In this document: in pieces, positions 19,253-27,534 of the stretch | Layout of the letters: each line of letters opens with the position of its first letter | Numbering within the stretch: position 1 is the stretch's first letter | Source: a bacterium | GTDB lineage: Bacteria; Bacteroidota; Ignavibacteria; Kapaibacteriales; UBA2268 | NCBI GenBank assembly: GCA_024711295.1 | Contig: JANJTB010000002.1 | Coordinates: 145,804 to 209,803, forward strand | Reading direction: 5' to 3' | DNA length: 64,000 nucleotides | The notes under the pieces: generated by a model | The model's input: only the letters and a program-made list of their open reading frames with translations | Told to the model about the DNA's origin: nothing | The model's database searches: none | Position numbers and translations under genes: made by a program

Positions 19253-20827
19253 ATGAAAGTTGACATTGAACATCCAAAATTATTTGATAATTTCAGACAT
19301 GACATACCTGCCGGAATAGTTGTTTTCCTTGTAGCTGTTCCTCTGTGCCTGGGTATAGCATTAGCATCGGGAGTGCCACTATTCGCCGGAATTATTTCAG
19401 GAATAATTGGAGGTACTGTTGTGGCTTTGTTAAGCGGGTCTCACCTGAGTGTCAGTGGTCCTGCGGCCGGTCTTACCGTAATTGTATTAAACGGGCTGAT
19501 AACATTAGGTTCATTCGAAACTTTCCTGCTTGCAGTTGTTATTGCCGGGGTTATTCAAATAATTCTTGGTTACCTTAAAGCAGGTATAATAGGATATTAC
19601 TTTCCAAGTTCAGTAATTAAAGGTATGCTCGCTGCCATCGGATTAATTCTGATACTAAAACAAATACCACACGCGATAGGTTATGATTTTGTCACTGTTG
19701 GAGACGAAAGTTTCATAGAACCAGGTGGCTCAACTACTTTCGGGTCATTAATGGCATCTTTCCAATTATTGAATTACGGAGCTGTCATCATCAGTATTTT
19801 GTCAATATTTATTCTTGTTTATTGGGAAAAACCATTCTTCAAAAGGTTTACATTTTTTAAAATTGTACCCGGACCTCTATTTGTAGTTCTATTTGGCATT
19901 GGTTTAAATTACTTTTTTAATGCATTCTTTCAGGGCTTGACCATTCAGGAAACTCATCTCGTAAATTTGCCTACTAGTACAAATCTTCAAGAGTTTGCAG
20001 TGCAATTTACTTTACCAAACTTTGGCTCAATAAGCAATCCTGACGTTTGGCTGGTAGGGCTTACACTAGCAATTGTTGCAAGCATCGAAACGCTTTTGAG
20101 TATTGAAGCTATAGATAAACTTGACCCTTACAAAAGGACTTCACCCACAAACAGAGAGCTTAAAGCTCAAGGAGTAGGGAATATCCTATCAGGTCTGATT
20201 GGAGGATTACCTGTTACATCAGTTATCGTTCGCAGTTCTGCAAATGTTAACTCAGGTGGCAGAACTAAATTTGCAGCAATTACACATGGAGTTCTACTTA
20301 TAGCAAGTGTAATACTAATCCCTACGTTTCTAAATTTAATACCTCTTGCCAGCTTGGCTGCCATACTACTTGTAGTTGGGTATAAATTGGCTAAATGGCA
20401 ACTGTTCAGAGAAATGTATAGACTTGGTCCATCACTTTTTTACCCTTTTGTTGTTACAATTATTGCCATCCTCTTTACCGACCTGCTCAAAGGTATAGGT
20501 ATAGGCATGGTGGTTGGATTGTTTTATATTATCAAAAATAATTACAAAACACCTTATTTCTTTCACAAAGAAGAACATCAGGTGGGCGATGTAGTTACTC
20601 TAAAATTATCCGAAGATGTCAGTTTCCTTAACAAAGGTAGTATTTTGCTGACACTTTCTCATTTACCCGAAAATTCAAAACTTATAATAGATGGTACTAA
20701 TTCCGTAAACATCGATTATGATGTACTAGAGATAATTTATGATTTTATTGAAAATGCCAAATATAAAAATATTGACGTTCAACTGATAAATATACCAAGA
20801 ATTGAATTTAGCTCAACATCACATTAA
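19253..20827 (+). CDS. SulP-family anion permease (sulfate or bicarbonate transporter) with a C-terminal STAS domain
   Basis: The SulP N-terminal signature 'GIALASGVPLFAGIISGIIGGTVVALLSGS' is present, with several transmembrane segments and a STAS-like C-terminus. Confidence 0.8.
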   Translation: MKVDIEHPKLFDNFRHDIPAGIVVFLVAVPLCLGIALASGVPLFAGIISGIIGGTVVALLSGSHLSVSGPAAGLTVIVLNGLITLGSFETFLLAVVIAGVIQIILGYLKAGIIGYYFPSSVIKGMLAAIGLILILKQIPHAIGYDFVTVGDESFIEPGGSTTFGSLMASFQLLNYGAVIISILSIFILVYWEKPFFKRFTFFKIVPGPLFVVLFGIGLNYFFNAFFQGLTIQETHLVNLPTSTNLQEFAVQFTLPNFGSISNPDVWLVGLTLAIVASIETLLSIEAIDKLDPYKRTSPTNRELKAQGVGNILSGLIGGLPVTSVIVRSSANVNSGGRTKFAAITHGVLLIASVILIPTFLNLIPLASLAAILLVVGYKLAKWQLFREMYRLGPSLFYPFVVTIIAILFTDLLKGIGIGMVVGLFYIIKNNYKTPYFFHKEEHQVGDVVTLKLSEDVSFLNKGSILLTLSHLPENSKLIIDGTNSVNIDYDVLEIIYDFIENAKYKNIDVQLINIPRIEFSSTSH

Positions 20828-20842
20828 AAAGGAGACAACAGA

Positions 20843-21472
20843 ATGATTCAATCGTATCAAAGATTACTTGATGGTAATAAAAAATGGGTGGAAACAAAAT
20901 TAACACTCGACCCTGAATATTTTCAGAATCTCAACAAAGGGCAAAAACCGGATTTTCTTTGGGTAGGGTGCTCTGATAGCCGTGTACCTGCAAATGAGAT
21001 TACCGGAACCGAGTCCGGTGATATTTTTGTGCACCGTAATATCGCAAATGTAGTAGTACATACTGATTTGAATTTCATGAGTGTGCTTCAGTATGCAGTA
21101 CAGGTCTTAAATGTCAGGCATATAATTGTATGCGGACATTATAACTGTGGAGGAGTCAATGCCGCCCTCACCCATACTAATCATGGTATGGTTAATAAAT
21201 GGCTAAGGAACATAAAGGAGGTTTATGCCAAGAACTCGTCTCTGTTAGATTCAATAAGTGATTTCAATGAAAAAGCCAACAAACTAGTTGAATTGAATGT
21301 TATCGAGCAGGTAAGAAATCTTGCCAAAACTTCGATAGTACAGGAAGCTTGGAAAAATCACAGCCTACAAATTCATGGTTGGGTATATGGATTAGATTCA
21401 GGTCTTATAAAAGACTTAAATGTGATGATGAAAGAGATTGAAGATTTAGAACCAATTTTTAGATTTAGCTAA
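20843..21472 (+). CDS. Beta-class carbonic anhydrase
   Basis: 'CSDSRVP' and 'HYNCGG' are the zinc-ligand motifs. Confidence 0.8.
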   Translation: MIQSYQRLLDGNKKWVETKLTLDPEYFQNLNKGQKPDFLWVGCSDSRVPANEITGTESGDIFVHRNIANVVVHTDLNFMSVLQYAVQVLNVRHIIVCGHYNCGGVNAALTHTNHGMVNKWLRNIKEVYAKNSSLLDSISDFNEKANKLVELNVIEQVRNLAKTSIVQEAWKNHSLQIHGWVYGLDSGLIKDLNVMMKEIEDLEPIFRFS

Positions 21473-21586
21473 TATAATTATTTACGTTGTTAATAAAAAA
21501 GTTAAAAATAAATAAAATAATTATAATCATATATTGTCTTTACTACTGTAGTCTTATTTTTTCAAATTATTATGGAGTTTTATAAC

Positions 21587-21910
21587 ATGAAATCAATCAA
21601 AATTCTTGCAATAGCATTAGGTTTGTTGTTTTCTTTATCAGTTTACAGCGGCTATGCCTGCGATAAGCACAAAACATCAGCTAAGTCTGAATGCTCAGTT
21701 GACATGAAGAAAACTAGTACTGCCGATGCTAAATCATGCTGCACTACTGACAAGAAAACTGCTTCTAAATCAGAATGCTGCACTACTGACAAAAAGACTG
21801 CTTCTAAATCAGAATGCTGCACTACTACTAAAAAAAGCACTAAATTAGAAGCTAAAAATGAAGGCACCAAAGATGTAAAGACTGCAGAAGTTAATCCTAT
21901 TAACAACTAA
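21587..21910 (+). CDS. Small secreted Cys-rich protein containing three tandem 13-aa repeats (TDKKTASKSECCT)
   Basis: Signal peptide present. A GGAG Shine-Dalgarno sequence lies 9 nt upstream. The DNA carries 39-nt tandem repeats at 21737..21840. Confidence 0.55.
   Translation: MKSIKILAIALGLLFSLSVYSGYACDKHKTSAKSECSVDMKKTSTADAKSCCTTDKKTASKSECCTTDKKTASKSECCTTTKKSTKLEAKNEGTKDVKTAEVNPINN
21737..21840 (+). repeat. 39-nt tandem repeat, about 2.6 copies, inside a coding region (TGCTGCACTACTGACAAGAAAACTGCTTCTAAATCAGAA)
   Basis: Read directly. Copies 1 and 2 differ at 3 positions. There is a partial third copy and a degenerate copy upstream. Confidence 0.8.
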
Positions 21911-21938
21911 AAAGTCTGAAAAATCTAACATAAAGATT

Positions 21939-21968
21939 GAGCAACAGTAATGTTGCTCTTTTTTTTAT
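21939..21968 (+). terminator. Intrinsic terminator (GAGCAACA-gtaa-TGTTGCTC followed by T8)
   Basis: Read directly. Confidence 0.7.
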
Positions 21969-22037
21969 TTTTTTTTCGGATTATTTGTAACTTTTTTGTT
22001 AAAAAATTCGTTATAGTACTGTAAAGAGATTACAAAT

Positions 22038-22526
22038 ATGAAATTTTTAGTTTTGATATTTTTACTTTTACCTTTAATTGCATTAGGCAAAGAGAATTAC
22101 ATCGTTTACAATGATGATAAAGGAAAATTGATAATAGACGGGCTTACGGATTTTGAAGATTGGAAAAAGGAAACAGAATGGGACTTTGATAATACCGGAG
22201 TAATTTTCTCTAAAGATACAATAAATTTGTTGAAAAGTAAATTCTCTGATACAAAGCTCATTTTGGTTGGAGGCTCTTGGTGTGGAGACACAAGGTCTGA
22301 ATTTCCGAAGATATACAGACTGCTCAAAGAGATGAATGCCTTACTACATGTCACAGTTTTTGGAGTTGACAGAACCAAATTAATAAAACATGTTGATTTT
22401 CAGAATTTGATAATCAACAAAGTACCTACATTGATTGTAATGCAAGGTGGAATAGAAAAAGGTCGAATTGAGGAGTTTCCGGAGTCAGGTTGGGAACATG
22501 ATTTATTGATTATATTGGGAGATTAA
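22038..22526 (+). CDS. Thioredoxin-fold protein with a single-Cys WCGDT motif, secreted
   Basis: Signal peptide present. 'LVGGSWCGDTRSEFPKI' sits at the thioredoxin active-site position, with the second Cys replaced. Confidence 0.45.
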   Translation: MKFLVLIFLLLPLIALGKENYIVYNDDKGKLIIDGLTDFEDWKKETEWDFDNTGVIFSKDTINLLKSKFSDTKLILVGGSWCGDTRSEFPKIYRLLKEMNALLHVTVFGVDRTKLIKHVDFQNLIINKVPTLIVMQGGIEKGRIEEFPESGWEHDLLIILGD

Positions 22527-22600
22527 TCAAAAAATCGCCACTGACTCCTTTTTTTATGGTATTTTTTTGTTAAATACTAAATTATACATATATTTGCTTT

Positions 22601-23038
22601 ATGAAAAGTTACAATTTAAAAATTAAGATATTATTGTTGATGCTGTTTACTGTAACAGTATTAGGTAACAATGGTATTCTACAGTACTTTACAGCTGAAT
22701 CCAACGGAGATTCGGTTACTGTTAAATGGTCAACTTCTTCTGAAGATGACATAAAAAGATTTGAATTAGAACGAAGCATATCAACCTCAGCATTCAAAAG
22801 AATTTTTGTTCAGACTGCCAAAGGCTCTCCAAATTCTTATTCTTATAATGATACAGAAGCATTTATGAAGCAAGATGAAGAACCCGACTCAGACTTTCAA
22901 TCACAAAAAACTTATTCATATAGGATAAAAATCTATTATAACGATAATAGCTTTACATATAGTGATGCCACATTGGTCAAGCACAAACCAAGCAGTATCC
23001 GTCGTACTTGGGGAATGATTAAAGAAATGTTCAGATAA
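22601..23038 (+). CDS. Hypothetical secreted protein
   Basis: Signal peptide. Nothing recognisable. Confidence 0.35.
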   Translation: MKSYNLKIKILLLMLFTVTVLGNNGILQYFTAESNGDSVTVKWSTSSEDDIKRFELERSISTSAFKRIFVQTAKGSPNSYSYNDTEAFMKQDEEPDSDFQSQKTYSYRIKIYYNDNSFTYSDATLVKHKPSSIRRTWGMIKEMFR

Positions 23039-23049
23039 CATTTTTTATT

Positions 23050-24750
23050 ATGAATAGTTTTAGATTTGTAACCGGCATTTTAGTTGTTTTTCTACTCATT
23101 ATTTCTACTTTAGCAGCAGATGATCACAATTGTGAAGATTGTACCAATAAGTGCGGTACTTCAATTCTGCTGAATAATCATGCAACCAAAGAGCAGTTGT
23201 TAAGAACCATCAGATTAGATGCTAGCGGCTTACCGCTTTTGGGTCATAAATTTGCTGTCTCACCCACTAATATATTCAAAATTCATTACGACACATCTGG
23301 TGTTCATGCACCCAATTTGACTGATCTTAACCAAAACGGAATACCCGATTTTGTAGATTCTGTTGCATACTACTTTGATTTTGTATATGATATTTATATA
23401 AATGAACTTGGCTATCGCAGCCCCTATCCTGATAATAATCAAAGGGGTTCAGACCATTATGATGTTTATTTGGGGGATGTAGGTAACAGTGACGATGCAA
23501 ATGTACAACTTTATTCCGAAGGCGGAACTTACGGATTTACTGATTATACCAGTAAAGATGTAATAGCTACTTCACCTTTTATGAGAATGTACAGCTATAT
23601 AGTGATTGACAATGACTTCGCTGTTACTGATAGTGTAAGGCCATTAAAGAGTAAGCCTTATGCAGCATTTAAATATCCCGGAATACCTTCCTTGAAGGTT
23701 ACAGTAGCACATGAGTTTTATCATGCAATACAGTTTATGTACGGAATAAGCCAGCCGGCAGCAAGTACTATTATGGAAATGACAGCTACTGCAGTTGAAA
23801 GGTATTTTTTTGCAGATGTACCCGATTACATCAAATATGTGAGGCGATTGTTCAATAATCCTTCTAGTATGCCGTTCGGAATGGATGATGCCTACACCGG
23901 TTATTCTCATTCAGTATATAATCAGTTTTTGATCGAGAAATACGGAATAGAAATACTCCGATTGTTATGGGAGAATGTAGCTCAGGGTATCGAAGTTTAC
24001 AAGGCATTGGATAATGCATTAATCTTTTATGGCTCATCATTGCCTAATTCTTGGTGTGAATTTTTGGAGTGGGCATATTTTACCGGTGACCGATCAGGCG
24101 ACAAAAGCAATTTTTCCAACTCTGAAGAGTTACCTACAATTATTCCTTTTTCTGATATACTGTTCGAAGCACCTTCAAAGAGTTTATCGGGCAGACTCTC
24201 CCCTATTGAGTTTAGATTATTGAGGATGGCATTCCCTGGTATAGGCGAAATCAGTGATGATACACTTGATGTGATGCTGGGTAACATTGATATTGCAAAC
24301 GCATCTAAGCAGCTGGATGTTTCCAGAAGTTATTTCTGGCAGGTTGCTAATTCGGAATTTACAAACAGTAAAATTATAGAGGGTACTAATTATTGGTATT
24401 TCCTTGAAACAGATACAAATTTCTTATGTTCATTCCGCAATTTAAGTAAGGGTGGAGCGAATTATGAGATTGATTACGCTTATCCAAGTCCTTTCAGATT
24501 AAGCCAAGACAGTTACATTTTATTCCCTGCACCATCAGATACCGAATTATACAAAAAGGTTAGTCTGGTGCTCTATAACAGCGATATGACTCCAATTTAC
24601 AACGGTATAATTCAGGTAACATCCAACAACAACAAATTGGTTGTAAGATTAGATGACTTGCCTAAAAACCTTACAAGTGGTGTTTATATCTTCGGAGTTC
24701 ATAATGGCGATAAAATTAAACTTGGTAAACTAGCTGTAATAAACGAATAA
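23050..24750 (+). CDS. Secreted HEXXH zinc-metallopeptidase-like protein with a T9SS C-terminal domain
   Basis: Signal peptide. 'VAHEFYHAIQF' is an HEXXH motif. The C-terminal ~80 aa match the T9SS CTD pattern ('YPSPF...GVYIFGV...KLGKLAVI'). Confidence 0.45.
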   Translation: MNSFRFVTGILVVFLLIISTLAADDHNCEDCTNKCGTSILLNNHATKEQLLRTIRLDASGLPLLGHKFAVSPTNIFKIHYDTSGVHAPNLTDLNQNGIPDFVDSVAYYFDFVYDIYINELGYRSPYPDNNQRGSDHYDVYLGDVGNSDDANVQLYSEGGTYGFTDYTSKDVIATSPFMRMYSYIVIDNDFAVTDSVRPLKSKPYAAFKYPGIPSLKVTVAHEFYHAIQFMYGISQPAASTIMEMTATAVERYFFADVPDYIKYVRRLFNNPSSMPFGMDDAYTGYSHSVYNQFLIEKYGIEILRLLWENVAQGIEVYKALDNALIFYGSSLPNSWCEFLEWAYFTGDRSGDKSNFSNSEELPTIIPFSDILFEAPSKSLSGRLSPIEFRLLRMAFPGIGEISDDTLDVMLGNIDIANASKQLDVSRSYFWQVANSEFTNSKIIEGTNYWYFLETDTNFLCSFRNLSKGGANYEIDYAYPSPFRLSQDSYILFPAPSDTELYKKVSLVLYNSDMTPIYNGIIQVTSNNNKLVVRLDDLPKNLTSGVYIFGVHNGDKIKLGKLAVINE

Positions 24751-24754
24751 AGTA

Positions 24755-25384
24755 ATGAACAAAATAAACTACACTGTAGATAAGTTATCAAAAGCATTTG
24801 TCAGAAAGCAGTTTATATTCAGGGATATAAGCATGAAATTTGCCAATGGCGATGTGATTGCCATAACTGGATCGAATGGAGCAGGCAAGTCAACATTGGT
24901 TAAAGTGCTTTGCGGAGTGCTGTCATATAATTCAGGTACAATTGAAATATTCAAAGATGATAAAGAGTGCAAACTTGAAGACTTGAAAGATGAACTTGCT
25001 TTAGTTTCGCCTTACCTCAATTTGTACGAAGAGTTTACACCACTTGAGCACTATAAGGTATCTGCAAGTCTGAGAGGAATCCATTTTGACGAAAATAAGC
25101 TGAATGATGACCTTAATATGTTCAATATTTTCAAACATCGAAATACACCCATCCGTAATTTTTCATCAGGAATGAAACAAAGGATGAAATTTGTATTATC
25201 ATTGCAGAATAGTCCTACAATCCTCTTTCTGGACGAACCTACATCAAATTTAGATATCGAAGGTATCGAAACAGTTAATGAACTAATAAGGTCGCACACT
25301 GCTCAAAATGGCATTGTTGTTATAGCAACGAATGAAGAAAGAGAAAAGGCATTGTGCAACAAGACTGTTCTTATAAGCAACTAA
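24755..25384 (+). CDS. ABC transporter ATP-binding protein, orphan
   Basis: Walker A 'GSNGAGKST', signature 'SSGMKQR' and Walker B 'LFLDEP' are present. Confidence 0.7.
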   Translation: MNKINYTVDKLSKAFVRKQFIFRDISMKFANGDVIAITGSNGAGKSTLVKVLCGVLSYNSGTIEIFKDDKECKLEDLKDELALVSPYLNLYEEFTPLEHYKVSASLRGIHFDENKLNDDLNMFNIFKHRNTPIRNFSSGMKQRMKFVLSLQNSPTILFLDEPTSNLDIEGIETVNELIRSHTAQNGIVVIATNEEREKALCNKTVLISN

Positions 25385-25461
25385 TATTACTTTAATGAAA
25401 ACAATAAAGGCGCAACTATTTAAAATAATTACGCCTATTTTTTTGGATACAATTTAAATTG

Positions 25462-27504
25462 TTATTTAATTACATTCAAAGGCTTTGTAATAACACCGCT
25501 AATTGTTCTTATCTGAACAAAATATATGCCGTTAGCCAAATTATTAACATCAACAGTAAACTCATAGAATCCCTGATTTTGAGTTAAACCTTCAGCGATA
25601 GTATTAATCAGTGAGCCGGTTGCATCATATACCTGAATGGTAACAATTTCATCAGAAGGTAACTGATATATTACCGATGACACATTGCTTGCCGGATTAG
25701 GGAACACATTTACATCAAGAATCCAATTGTGTGAATCTTCAACTGATGCTAATGTTTTAGCTTCATATAGCTTGTTAATTGGGTCATATTCAGCCCATGG
25801 CAAATCCCATCTCAGAGCAATAACAGAGCTGAATGCACCCCTGTAGCTAACTTTATCAAAGAACTCATCATCAATCCTTACTATATTATTTCCATTGCTG
25901 AATGAGGCATTAGTAAGGTAGTTTGCATTATTCTGAGGTACTGCGTTAAATGATGTGCCGATAACAAACGGGTTAGTCAGCGCAGCATTCACAGGTGAAG
26001 ATACATCAAAGAAGTTATTGAAACCGGAAGTTTCGTTCCAGTTAGCTGCTACACCCGGGTTTGTACCATCAAGAGTCAAAGTTCTTCCTTTGATACCGAA
26101 TAAGCTATTATTTTTGTACATTACCGAATCTTTTGAAGCAGCTGTCTGACCGGGCAGACTTAACAATTCAAGACCACGAGGCCATCCCAAAATAACTGAG
26201 TTAAATATGGAAGCTCTGGCATTTCTGCGGATTTGCGCAGCAGCACCAAAACGTGTGTGATAAGTTCTGTCAGCAGCACCTGTAGATGATGGTGTCCAAC
26301 TGGTATCCTGTAAAGGTCCTATAGCTGTTACATTCGAGAATATTGGCTTCGTGAGAGGTTCGTTATAGTTGCCTGTCGAATTATTATCTATTTCCCATGC
26401 TTGTGAAGTCGAAACGTCGGCTCTGTCTTTGAATCTCTGTACCAAGACGTGCTGCACTCTGCCGCTAAAACCATTATCACAATCCAGGTCATCATCGAGT
26501 GTACCGTTAGATATAAGGTATTTAGCATCAACAGTTCCACCAAACCATTCATAAGCATCATCATTGGCATAGCTCACCTGAATGTTACGAATTACAGTTC
26601 CACGTCCGACACCACCCAAAGTTAAAGAGTTTAATTCTTGGTTAGGAGCTGCAGCAATACCTGCAAATTCAATTCTTAAATATTCCAGATGTCCACTATT
26701 ATCATTATCATCGGGGCTGTTTCCGCCTCCAAACCATCCGCGAACTTTATTGGCATCAGCGATACCACCTTCTAATTGTGCCTCGCCGCCTGCATGGTTA
26801 GTAGCTGCTTTTCCGCAGATCAACACACCACCCCAATCACCACCACGGCGCTGTCCCGGTGCTGCTGAGCTTGTCATCACAATAGGGTCTTCCTTTGTGC
26901 CCATAGCGAATATTTTTCCACCTCTGTTAACACAAATTGCAGAGTTTTGGCCAACAGTATCACCAATTATTATCGTTCCTCTTTGTATATGTAATTCTCC
27001 ACCATTGTCAACGTAAACATATCCGTCCAAGCCATAAATCTTGGTTCTGGAAAGGAATACTTTGCCAGCTATCGGATCTTTAAGGATCGAGTCAGGTCTG
27101 GTCACTGCCGGTTGTTCAATTGTAAATGGGTTGTCGTTTCTATCCTGTACGGCTTCGTTCAGTGTTCCATCTTCGTTTACGAGTATCATTCTTACATAAC
27201 CGCTTGTAGTACCGACTGCAGGAGTACGGAAACCACCGGCATATACACCGCGGCGTGCTGCACTATCCAGAATGTTGGATGCCGATGGTAGATTTTGCCA
27301 TGGACCATCAGTTGATGTTGCAAACTGGAATGTCCATTTTGCACGGTATGTACCTGTTGTATCCCATCTCAAGTCTATCGAAGCACCCGGGCGAAATACC
27401 TCGCCACCAGCAGGATTAATGAGCTTACACGAGCTCGGTTGTTGAGAATATGCTGCAACACCGATACTCATTATCGCAAAGAAAATTAGAAGATTACGTA
27501 ACAT
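25462..27504 (-). CDS. Secreted surface protein with a T9SS C-terminal sorting domain
   Basis: Signal peptide. The C-terminus 'VFPNPASNVSSVIYQLPSDEIVTIQVYDATGSLI...GIYFVQIRT' is a T9SS CTD. The Gly/Asn-rich middle is possibly a beta-helix. Confidence 0.55.
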   Translation of the reverse strand: MLRNLLIFFAIMSIGVAAYSQQPSSCKLINPAGGEVFRPGASIDLRWDTTGTYRAKWTFQFATSTDGPWQNLPSASNILDSAARRGVYAGGFRTPAVGTTSGYVRMILVNEDGTLNEAVQDRNDNPFTIEQPAVTRPDSILKDPIAGKVFLSRTKIYGLDGYVYVDNGGELHIQRGTIIIGDTVGQNSAICVNRGGKIFAMGTKEDPIVMTSSAAPGQRRGGDWGGVLICGKAATNHAGGEAQLEGGIADANKVRGWFGGGNSPDDNDNSGHLEYLRIEFAGIAAAPNQELNSLTLGGVGRGTVIRNIQVSYANDDAYEWFGGTVDAKYLISNGTLDDDLDCDNGFSGRVQHVLVQRFKDRADVSTSQAWEIDNNSTGNYNEPLTKPIFSNVTAIGPLQDTSWTPSSTGAADRTYHTRFGAAAQIRRNARASIFNSVILGWPRGLELLSLPGQTAASKDSVMYKNNSLFGIKGRTLTLDGTNPGVAANWNETSGFNNFFDVSSPVNAALTNPFVIGTSFNAVPQNNANYLTNASFSNGNNIVRIDDEFFDKVSYRGAFSSVIALRWDLPWAEYDPINKLYEAKTLASVEDSHNWILDVNVFPNPASNVSSVIYQLPSDEIVTIQVYDATGSLINTIAEGLTQNQGFYEFTVDVNNLANGIYFVQIRTISGVITKPLNVIK

Positions 27505-27534
27505 TATAAAACCTTATTATATAATACAAAAACA

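Noticed and set aside
21652-21906. Antisense ORF (84 aa) opposite the Cys-rich repeat gene
   Set aside because: It is a mirror-frame product of the tandem repeat. The sense strand has a signal peptide and a Shine-Dalgarno sequence.
22476-22547. 8-bp inverted repeat GGAGTCAG...CTGACTCC spanning the 3' end of the thioredoxin-like gene
   Set aside because: The arms are 56 nt apart and the left arm lies inside the coding region, so it is unlikely to be a functional hairpin.
25385-25461. Weak hairpin GGCG...CGCC with a 22-nt loop between the convergent ABC ATPase and T9SS genes
   Set aside because: The stem is too short and the loop too long for a confident terminator call.
26582-27016. 144-aa Pro-rich ORF on the plus strand inside the T9SS protein gene, plus other internal antisense ORFs (4595..4873, 30779..31192, 54358..54828, 53728..54060)
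   Set aside because: Each is embedded antisense in a well-supported long CDS. None has an independent start signal, and their compositions are odd.
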